DNA of 64,000 bases, from NCBI GenBank assembly GCA_951406725.2, contig OX597820.1, forward strand, positions 46,872,001-46,936,000, read 5' to 3'. The notes beneath the pieces were generated by a model. It saw only the letters and a list, made by a program, of their open reading frames with translations. It made no database searches and was not told the origin of the DNA. A program made the translations under genes and the position numbers. The stretch comes from Octopus vulgaris. Its lineage: Eukaryota. This document shows, piece by piece, positions 27,682 to 39,600 of this stretch. Each line of letters starts with the position of its first letter. The first letter of the stretch is position 1.

Positions 27682-30600
27682 CCCATGCTAGCATGGAAAG
27701 CGGACGTTAAACGATGATGATATGTATGTGTGGTGCGTGTGTATGTGGGAGTGGATTTCACAACAAATCTCCTCTCAACAGCAGGTGTTTCATTTGTCAC
27801 TACATGTAAATGAAAGTGGGTGGGTGTCAGAGTTTCACTTCACATTTGTTATGCTCAGTAACAAGAGTGTTAACTATGACCAATGTAGGTATCAGAGAAC
27901 CAGAGGCACACTCTATGTTATTTACTCTCAGTAACAGCCAGGGTCTCACTCATTTCATTGCTAGTAATATATGTAGGTTACAAAAATGTAGTTCTTTGTG
28001 GGTTAGAGGCGTCACAATTGATGACTACCAGGTTTGTTAAGAACTTTCCTCTCTTATACATTTCTACAATACAAGAACCTTTAATATTGGTCTCAAATTT
28101 TAATACAAGGCCAGCAACTTTGGGGGATGGGCAAGTCGATTACATCAACCTCAGTATTCAACTGGTATATATTTTATTGACCCCGAAAGGAAGAAAGGCA
28201 AAGTTGACCCAGGTAGCATTTGTAATCAGAATGTAAAGATGAAAGAAATCCTGCGAAGCATTGTTTTCTGGCACAGTAATGTTTCTGCCATTTCAACACC
28301 CTAAAGTTTATTGCTTGTGTCAGCTGGGAATCAGATCCAGGCCGCTCATGTGGCAGGTGAGCATTCTACCACTGAACCACCAATATTTCATAGGAACCTT
28401 TACTATTTCAACCATATTACCGTAAATCCTCGAGTATAATCTGCATATTTTCCCTAAAATTTAAAGGTCAAAATCCCTAGTGCATACTATATACAAGGTT
28501 AAAAATGAAAAATATTTTCTAAGCAATGTCCAAGTCTCTATTTGCTGTCTGGCAATGTTTATTCAGACGCATTTTGTGATGTCGGGCACGAAAATACCTT
28601 AAGCTAAGCCTGAAAGCAATGAAGTCATAAAAGAATCATCCATAACTTGCAATAAGCAACATTTATTAAATGTTATTACTGTTATTTCTTTATTTTCTGC
28701 AAAGAAAATGCACAAAAAAGCTACACGTTTGCATTATGTTATATATACAATAATAATAAAGGACGTTACCGTATACAGTTTTACAAACCAAGGATGTTAT
28801 ATAGACCTCCTTGACTCAAGTTAGAGAAGGGGTGCGTACTAAACACAAGGTTTAGGTTTTTCAGAGGTACAGCACCCTAAAAATCCCCTTCGTATTATAC
28901 TCAAGGGCGGACTATACTTGAGGATTTATGGTAACTGTTTAGCATTTAAACAGGCCATATCCGGTCCAAGTATTCTACCTTTTTCATGCTCAAAGTGGCT
29001 AGGTCTGGCTTTTCATACCTACCCTACAATGTCATACTAAAAATAAACAATCAGCCATCTAAATCTTGAAGCTACAAGATAATACAGGATTAGTTAAAAA
29101 CAATATAAATAAACACTGCATTCGACAAAATAATCCGAATGCTAAAGGGTTAACCCCACTTATCTCATATCTAATACACCCCCTGGGACAGCAATATTAG
29201 ACAAAAGCTATTGTTTATTCTGTTTCTTTATAGTTTTTATACCTGCTTGCATTTCTCATTTCATTTCATATTTTACCTTATCAACCAAACTGGTGTAATG
29301 TCTTTGATAACTACACACTGTCTCTTAATCTTTCTCAAAATTATGAAGCTTCTGATGCCATGACAAAAGTAAAAAGGTATTTGTACTATAACAAAAGCAA
29401 CCTTTCTTAGAAAATCTGAATAATTCAGGTTGAATCTGTAGCACATTGACACACCTATCCATCCTCGTTGTGACAATTGAAATAAAATGCCATACCCAAT
29501 GACAATACTATCCTATCACATAAATTACTTGTCTAACTGATGCTATCTTGGAGAAGCAGATATAAATTTAATCTTTACCATCATTAGTTCTTTCTTCATC
29601 TTCTTCCTCGTCTTCATCATCATCATCCTCGTCCTCTTCTTCAGCCTCCTCCTCCTCCTCCTCATCATCATCATCATTGTTATCATCCTCTTCAATGTTT
29701 TCAATTTCCTCAACCATATCTATTACTCTGTCAGCATCTCTATCCTTCACCGGAGATATGTGAAAACTGAACGTGTCCACTGATGCTTTCTCTTCCAAAG
29801 GAAGAGTCTATCAAAAAAAGAAAAATGAATAAATAAAAAAGATTGAAATCTAACATAACAAATTGCACCTCTCTGATGTAATGACACTTTACACATATAA
29901 AAATATAAAATAGAGAAATGACAAAAAAAAACAGATCTTTAAGAATATTTATCCAACTCCAAGTCAAAACTGATGGTATTTTGTGCTATCATCATCTCAG
30001 TATTATAATTATTATCAGAATCGTTAGCACACGGAGCAAAATGCTTAGCAGTATTTCATCTACCACTACATTCTGAGTTCAAATTTCACCAAGGTCGACT
30101 TTGCCTTTCATCCTTTCGGAGTTGATAAATTAAGTACCAGTTGTGTACTGGAGTCAATCTAATCGACTGCCGCCCCTCCCCCCAAATTTCAGGCCTTGTG
30201 CCTATAATAGAAAGTATTATTATTATTATTATTAGATTGTAAAGTGGCAAGCTGGCAGAATTGTTAGCATGCTGGATGAAATGCTTAGCAGTATTTCATA
30301 CGTTGTTCTGTTCTGAGTTCAAATTCTGCCGAGGCTGACTTTGCCATTCATCCTTTTGGGGATTGATGAATTAAGTACCAGTAAAACACTGGAGTCAATG
30401 TCATTGACTAGTCCCCTCCTGCCAAATTTCAGGCCATGTGCTTTTAGTAGAAAGGATAATTATTATAAGTTTGTGAAACATGGATGCTTTACTGTTGGAA
30501 TTTCAAAAAGGTGCAGAATTTTCAACAAAAGCTTCATGCCACCTCAAATATGAAATGGAAGGACTACAAAACCAACAATGCTGTTCTAGAAAAATCCAGA

Positions 30601-33600
30601 AGTCAAAACATTGGATCAACCGTAATGAAATACGAATTTTTATTGGTTAGGACATGTGGTAAGAATGAAAGAAAATAGATTTTTCTTGTCATGGACTCTT
30701 CAATGAATTAACCATGGGGATGTCCTTTCTGCTGTTACAGAGACCAGTTAAAAATCAACCTTCAAAATGGTTGAAAATGAGACAAAAACATGAGAAACTG
30801 AAATTCAGAACAATTCCCATTGGCATAACTCCATCATTACCACTACTGTAACTGACCTTTTTGAAGTCCAAAGAAAAAAGGAAACTGTAAAGAACATAAC
30901 GAATGTGTGATATGCATGAACAAGAAGGAAACACTCATTCAGAAGGAAAGTGTAATTCTCAAGCATAAGAAACAGCCACCACCTCCGTCAAGATTTTATA
31001 TACTCTTTTACTCTTTTACTTGTTTCAGTCGTTTGACTGTGGCCATGCTGGAGCACTGCATTTAGTCGAGCAAATTGACCCCAGGACTTATTCTTTGTAA
31101 GCCTAGTACTTATTCTATCGGTCTCTTTTGCCGAACCGCTAAGTTATGGGGATGTAAACACACCAGCATCAGTTGTCAAGCGATGTTCGGGACAGACACA
31201 CACACACACAGACACACATATATACGACGGGCTTCTTTCAGTTTCTGTCTACCAAATCCACTCACAAGGCTTTGGTCGGTCCAAGGCTGTAGTAGAAGGC
31301 ACTTGCCCAAGGTGCCATGCAGTGGGACTGAACCCAGAACCATGTGGTTGGTAAGCAAGCTACTTACCACACAGCCACTCCATATCAGCATATAGGTGCT
31401 GATATGCACACACCTGTACGTAATGGCTATGTGGTTAAGAAGTTTACTTTGCAACCACATGGTTTGGGGTTCAGTGCCACTGTGTGGTATCTGGAGCAAG
31501 AAAGAGTTTTCTACTACAGCCCCAGCTCAACCAATGCCTTGTGAGTGAATTTGGTTGATGGAAAACTGCAGTAAGACCTTAGAAGCTACGGTAAATAATT
31601 GAAGTCAATAATTCAGGTCAATAGCAAATAGTTTGGCACCAAGTAACTTGTGCTTCTGAAACATATCGCTGCTTTACAATTACCAATAAATCATAGGGCC
31701 CTTGCTGCACTATAAATTTCAGCTTTTAAATGTTATAAATTCAGTTTATTGTCAACATATACAAATACAATGAGAGACTGTTTACATTTAAAGTTGTCAA
31801 AACAATAATTAATGAGTAAAGCAACAGACACTATCAATATACAACGACAGAAGAAAATAATATTTCTTGCTAATTTTGATACAAAGCCAGCAATTTCAAG
31901 TGATGGGGAAAATCGATTACGTCGACCCCAGTACTCCACTCATACTTATTTTATTGACTTTGAAAGGATGAAAGGCAAATTTGACCGTGGCAGTATTTGA
32001 ATTCAGAACATAAAGCCAGAAGTACTGCTATGCATTTTGTTAGCTTTACAGAAAAATATAATAATAATGGTAATAATAATAATGTGGCTCTCATGGCTTC
32101 TCATCGTAACTGATTGGAAGTGTTATCATATACATTGTTTTGCCTCGATATAAAAGATGGGCTACAGCAAATATTCTGCTCAATGCCACAGATTTGCTTG
32201 TCAGTTGTTTCACCTTAACCAGCTGAGCATGTCCCTTAGTGACTGACAATATGTGTATCTCTGACCATAAGCAGAAGTAGTGAGGGAACAAAATAGTCAT
32301 GTGTCGGGAGGAATTCTTTGGGGTTTGGATAATTCACCTCATGGGTGTTTCAGTCAACATCCTTAAACAACCCTTATTCAGGGACCTTTTGAGTGGGATG
32401 GGCTACTCGACCTGAAGAAAATTCTAACAGGGCTCCACCTGTAAGGTCATGCTTTGTTAATCTTGATATGAGATCACCATGTTGTGTACATATAGTTGTG
32501 ATGCACGTTCCTGGTGTACCCTTGTCAGACGGGTAGTCATGATGGCTATACTGAGCTTCGTATATTTTACCTCAGTGTCACTTTGAGGGCATGCACTGCT
32601 CTCTCACTCAATAATAATAATAATAATAATCATCCTTTCTCCTATAGGCACAATGCCTGAAATTTGGTGGGAGGGGAGGGCAGTCGATTAGATTGACCCA
32701 GTACACAACTAGTGTTTAATTTATTGACCCTGAAAGGATGAAAGGCAAAATCAACCTCAGCAGAATTTGAACTCAGAATGTAAAGATAGACGAACTGCTG
32801 CTAAGCATTTTGCCTGGCATGCTAATGATTCTGCCAGCTTGCCACCTTAAATAATAATAGTAATGCAGTGATTTCTAATGTTGTTGCAGGTCATACAGCA
32901 GCATTTCATCTGTCTTTATGTTTTGAGTTCAAATTCCACCAAGGCTGATTTTGCCTTTCATCCTTTTTTTGGGGGGGGGGGGGTCAATAAAACAAGTATC
33001 AGCCAAGCATTGGGATCAATGTAAATCACTAGCCATCTCTCCCCCAAAATTTCAGGCTTTGTAGAAAGAGCATGCTCAACTAGATAGTGTCAATGACAAG
33101 CACAACAAAACTAACACATCACTTCCCCCACAACATTCCTACTCAAATCCAGAGATATGTTACCAGACAGCATTAAAGATACTCAACAGACAATACATAC
33201 CTGTTTCTTTGATATTGCTGACTTTTCAGACTTTTGGAAGAAGTTCAGCTTCTTTTTGGCAGCTTTGGTCACAGTGGGGGCCTTCTTTTGGTTCAGCTGG
33301 ATTTTCTCCTGGCTCTTCTAAGATCAACAATTTAGACACACATATCAATGATTTGGAAAGACACAGTATATTACAGGTATTTAATATGTATCAAATATAA
33401 CCAAATATCATGTATATCCAAGCATTTGCAATTAATGCTTATCTCCAAGAGTATACATAGTTATCAGTCACTCTGATGATGTGGCCAGTCCAGTGTAACT
33501 GAGCATTCAGCAACATTGTTGAACCAGCTGTGTCCAATACTTCTTGGTTTGTCACTGTCCTTCCAGCAAATATGCCCATGATCCTGTGCAGTGCCCTTGT

Positions 33601-36600
33601 GTGAAACTGTTCCAGCTGTCTGATGTGCTGATGGCATAGGAGTCAATGTTTCACATCCATAGAGTGGAGTAGAGACGATTAAAAGGAAGGCCTAAACTAA
33701 GGTACAAAGACATGCTGAAAAACAACCTCATTGGTCCACTTGAACTTGAAGCCTCTGTCTCAGGCAGATCAGCATTTGAAGAGGATCGGCAACAGCGTCT
33801 CACTACTGCAAGAGAAAAGATGTCACAAAGTAGTGTCCACTCAATCCAGTCAACAGAATTAATACTTGGAGATAAGCATTAATTGCAGACTACCACTATG
33901 ACATCTATGGGCATCTGTGTGCTTCCAGCTTTGGATTGCGGAGTCACATGCACTCATCACTGAGAACACAAACTTTGTCACCGTTGGACAATGACAGACC
34001 ATCAACAAGTGTATAACATGAAGATAATGTGTAATAAAATATTTACCTGGATAAGACTCTGCTCAATTTCAAATAAACATATTACATTGCACAAATAAAA
34101 CTCAGCACTATGCAACACCAGCTAATTCTATCCACAGTTACTGCTGTGGTTTACAGTGAGGTGAATATCTCTCTGTGGTACCTACTAACAGCTAAGTGGG
34201 CTGTACCTCATTGTGGTACCTACTTATATTTATGTGGACTGTACTTCACTGTGGTGCCTTCTTACAGTTAGGTAGACTATACCTCACTGTAATCTCTATG
34301 TACAGTTGGAGAGTACCTCACAGGTACTTACATCAAGGTCAACTGTACTTTCCAATGGTACTTACAGTTAGGTGTACAATATCTCAATGTGGAACCTACC
34401 TACTGCTTGGTGGAATCTAATTCACTGTGGTATCTACTTACAGCTCAGCAGTCTGCACCTCACTGTAGTACTAACTTCTGGGTAGATGGAATCTACAGAA
34501 CTATGTGGTTAGAAGTTGAGACCCCAGCAAAACACCCAAAGCAGTTGTTGTGACTGTTTCATTCATGTAGTTTGCAACAAAACAGATTTTGAACAAACAG
34601 TCTTCCATGCTAAAAGAAACTTTATCATCTCAACTGACCTGTAACATTTCCTCTTTATGCTTTTTCTTCAACTCCTCCATCTGCAAACGCCACATTTTCT
34701 CTTGATCTTTCAAGTGTGAAGTGAAGTTTTTCTCAAGGTTTTGAATCTAGACACAAAAATTAAATAGTAAGGTCTTCACCATCATTTTCATCATAACCAG
34801 CTCTCAGGTGCACTACAACTCATCAGAAAATGTAACCAAAACTGCATGAACAGTTCAAAGAATATGCACAGAAAGTGAACAGTGAAAAAGTCTTTTAAAA
34901 AAATTGAAGAAGAAACTGGGGTGAGGGTGGGGGGTATCAGGTGTACTGTTGGCGAATTTCAGGAAGGATAGAAGATTTTGAAAGATGTAGTGTTCTGACA
35001 GTAAACAACTGATGCAGGTAGTTTATTCTATGGTTCAGCAATTCTGAGTGCAAAAAATGTTTCCAAAAGTCATGGGTGCTGTGTTGTTTTTTTGATTTTG
35101 TAAGCATGTCCATATATTCTTTTATTCTTTTATTTGCTTCAGTCATTTGACTGTAGCCATGCTGGAGCACTGCTTTGAAGGGTTTTAGTTGAACAAATCG
35201 GCCCCAAGACATTTTCAAACCATTATGCCATGCTTGAGAAGAAGACCCATCAAGCCAAGTAAAATCGCAGTCATGGCAGATACTGGCATCATGCAAATGG
35301 CACCTGTGTTGGTGGCACATAAAAACACCCATTACACTCTTGGAGTGGTTGACATTGGGAAGGGCATCCAGCCATAGAAATCATGTCAAATCAGACATAG
35401 CCAACTGTGGGGTATGCATCAATTTAATTGAGGGATCAGAGTTCTCCTTCAAACAGGGACAACATTTCACAATGAAAAGCAGCTTCACATGTGCTTTGAA
35501 GAAAATTCCCAAAAACAGAAAAATAGCATTCAGCCAACACATCGATATTTGCGCCAATAACAAAATTCCAAGCTTCAGAATTTTTCCACTCTACCAATTC
35601 AGGGATGATACAACCTGCAGCAAGCGAATTAATACAGAGACTCTCTTTATTACAAAATATAGACCCTTTTGAATGCATCTAACAACAAACGACATATCCA
35701 CCACGGCCTTAGAATAACACACACAAATACTAAAAATGATACATTCAAGAGACACCCAAGAATTCATTAGAAACAGTCCCAATCACTGCTATAATCCACA
35801 ATGAGTCACTTTTAGGTCACTTGACCATTTAATATCCTACTACTATCATACCATCCCACATTCCCTTATTCTCTCTAGCACTACATCATCTCACTTCTGC
35901 TCTCTCTTACACCTTTGCTATTTCCTATTCTCTCTCTTTCCCTAGGTCTCTCTCTCCTATTGTTTTTCCTCTAAGTAACCAAGTATCTCCCTTACATCAG
36001 CACACTTGTTTCTGGCCTCTTTCTTGTACCTCTTTCTCTCACTCTTTATCTCTTTTCTCTTTCTCTCACTGGGTAATCATGTACCTCCTCTGTAGCAAGA
36101 CACCTTTTTCTGTCTCTCTATTTCTCTGTTACACTCTAACCTTTCATCATCTACTACTGAATCACTTCCTCTAATGCCCCCTCTGTTGTGGAAAGACACC
36201 TGCTTCTGTCTTTCTGTCTCTTTGTCACACTCTAACCTTTCATTCTCTGACACAAGTTCCCCTCCTCAAATGCCCCTAACCCTCTCATAATTCCTTGTCA
36301 TGTGAGTTACTTGGTTACCCTACTAGTGCTGGTGCTAAGTTAAAAGCATCCAATCTACACTGTAATGTGGTTGGCGTTTAGAAAGGCATCCAGCTGTAAA
36401 AACCATGTCAAAACTAACCTCACCTGTGTTGGTGTCACGTAAAAAGCACTGAGCCCATTCTGCAGAGCAGTTGGTGTTAGAAAGGGCATCTAACGATAAA
36501 ATCCCTGCCAAAACAGTCACAGTAGCCTAGGATAGTTCTTCTACTTGGCTGGCTCCTGTCAACCATCCTACTCATGCATGCATGGAAGATTGACGTTAAA

Positions 36601-39600
36601 CAATGATGATGAAACATGACAACCAAATGAAAAGTCAACACACTTCATGCATTGACATGTAGTTAAGATGGTGAAGTCAGATGGGTAAGTAATGATGGAT
36701 GATATCATATGTAATACTGTAGCATGTAGTATGCAGTGATAATCTGGTGTGTAACATGTTGTAGCATCCTTTTCTACACTAGGCACAAGGCCTGAAATTT
36801 TTTTGGTGGGGTGGGGCAGTCGATTAGATTGACCCCAGTAAGCAACTGGTACTTAATTTATCGACCTCTGAAAGGATGAAAGGCAAAGCCAACCTTGGCG
36901 GAATTTGAACTCAGAACGTAAAGACTGATGAAATACTGCTAAGCATTTCACCTGGCGTGCTAATGTTTCTTATTTCTTTACTGCCCACGAGGGGTTACAC
37001 ACAGAGGGGAAACAGATTAAGTCAATTATATCGACTCTAGTGCGTAACTGGTACTTATTTAATCGACCCTGAAAGGATGAAAGGCAAAGTTGACCTCGGC
37101 AGAATTTGAACTCAGAACGTAAAGACAGATGTGCGTAACTGGTACTTATTTAATCGACCCTGAAAGGATGTAAGGCAAAGTTGACCTCGGCAGAATTTGA
37201 ACTCAGAACGTAAAGACAGATGAAATACTGCTAAGCATTTCACCAGGCATGCTAACATTTCTTATTTCTTTACTGCCCACAAGGGGCTACACACAGAGGG
37301 GACAAACAAGGACAGACAAACAGATTAAGTCGATTATATCGACCCTTGTGCATAACTGGTACTTATTTAATCGACCCTGAAAGGATGAAAGGTAAAGTCG
37401 ACCTCGGCGGAATTTGAACTTAGAACGTAGCGACAGACGAAATACCGCTAAGCATTTCGCCCGGCGTGCCAATGTTTCTGCCAGCTCGCCACCATAGCAT
37501 GTTGTAGCATTGAGGCATATAGGATACTGGAGCCGTGTGGTATAGTTGTCTGTAGGATGATGTAAAAGTTGCTTAAGAATAAGCTTACTAGTCCCTTAGC
37601 AAAGCCTGAACTCATAAATTGTGTGTCACCATTCTTCAAGCCTAAACATTTAAGGAATACAACTATGTTCAGACATACGGTACCTTTTTCTGCAATAGTT
37701 TCTCTGAAAGTTTGGCTTCCTTTCTGAACACAGCTAAATCTTCCTGACTTTTTTTCGGTGCTGCAGAAAATACAGCTTTGTTTTCCTGATGGGCTAAGAC
37801 TACGGACTTTTTCTTTCTGTTGCTCTCTTGAACTACTGGTGTTGACATATTCTTTGGTAATGCTTGAGGAACAGCATCGACTTCATCATCATCATCACGA
37901 ATGGCACCCAAATTTGTTTGCTTGACAGCTGCAAAATAAACATAAGGTCATCATGTTCATAGTATTTCCATTGTATCAATGTGTGTTTGTTTCTCCTTGC
38001 CTTAACATTGCATGATAATTGTAAACAAGTGTCACCCTCATACAAGTGTTGTCATTCATTTCCAATCTTTCATAAAAACATGTTGAGCCATGGGGGATAT
38101 ATATCACCTTGCTTGGAAGTGGCTGAAGGTTGGTGACAGGTATGGCATCCGGTCATAAAATCTGTCTTGGTGAATTCTGTCTGACCCAAGCAAGCATGGA
38201 AAAGTGGACATTAAAATGATGATAATGGTACACACACACACACACACACGTGTGTGTGTGCATGCATGCTCATATCTTATTGCACCATGTATGTCTGTGA
38301 CCAAGAAACTGAACTCTAGCTTCGACATAAACATTACACAGTAATGACAACTCTGATGTAAATCTGATGACTATTTCCTTAATTTGTAGAGCTCAGTTGA
38401 AATCCTTACATGGCTATATCTTAGGTAAAGAGCGGTTCTACCAAACTGAGTTACTCCAAGATACACTACCTGAAGGGTACTCTGACAAGATTCTGGATTA
38501 CTGGGGTTGGCACTCCTAGCTTTCTCTCATAGCCTTCTTCAATATCATCTTAAAAGACGGAGTTCATGTCCCAGCTTCCATTTTGAATAATTTTACTGTT
38601 ACCTTAAAAACATTTAATTCTAACACCAGAAAAAATAGGCAAGAAATAACATTATCAAATTGTTAAATTCCCTAACAGTAATAAGAACTGGACAGACTGT
38701 AATTAACTGAACAGATTGCAAATTAATAGGCAGCTCGTAATTAAATAGGGATAACTTGAAATTAAGTGGAAAGAGGGTAATTAACTGGACAGACTCTAAT
38801 TAAAGGGGCATCTAATTAAATGGGTAACTTGTAATTAACTGGAGATGGTGAAATTAAGTGGTTATCTGACTGAATGGGTGGCTTGTAATTAACTGTAGAC
38901 AATGCAATTAAATGGACAAACTATAATAAACTGGACAGATTGTAATTAAGCGGTCAGGTTGTAATTATGGGAACAGCTTATGATTTGCTGGACAGCTTGT
39001 AATTACATGGACAGCTTGTGATTTGCTGGACAGCAGGTAAGTTATGGAGGACAGTTGATAACTAAATGGATACATGTTTATTGAGTAGCTTGTAATTCAC
39101 CGGACAAATGTATTTAACGAGACAGTATGTAGTTAATTGGGTATATATTGCTCAACTGGACAAATTGTAAATACGTAGAAAGAGAAATAATTCCAGGTGT
39201 TTAAACTTACAAAATTTTTTCATTAATTCCTTAAGATTGGCTTCATATTGCAAATCCCTTTCATGGAATAACTTCCACATATTGGCAGTCTCCTTCTGGA
39301 AAATTGTAAGAATAAAAACACATTACTATCATCATCATCATCATCGTTTAACGTCCGTTCTCCATGCTAGCATGGGTTGGACAGTTCGACCGGGATCTGG
39401 GAAGCCAGAAGGCTGCACCAGGCCCAGTCTGATCTGGCAGTGTTTCTACAGCTGGATGCCCTTCCTAACGTGAATAATATAGAATTTCAATATTCAACCC
39501 TTATTAATATTCTAAAGACTAGGGTTTCCACCTCAAGCATCAGAAAATACTTCAACTTTGATCGATGGACAACCTCTACAAAGCAAAAATGTAACCAACA

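Noticed and set aside
37679-37683. Alternative donor GTATGT for exon 7
   Set aside because: Gives phase 2, incompatible with phase-0 exon 8
38355-38415. CTGATGA...GAAA hammerhead-like motif
   Set aside because: No convincing stem II or stem III with a cleavage triplet
34135-39175. CRISPR-like reading of the two periodic arrays
   Set aside because: Eukaryotic intron, contiguous degenerate units, no unique spacers, no cas genes
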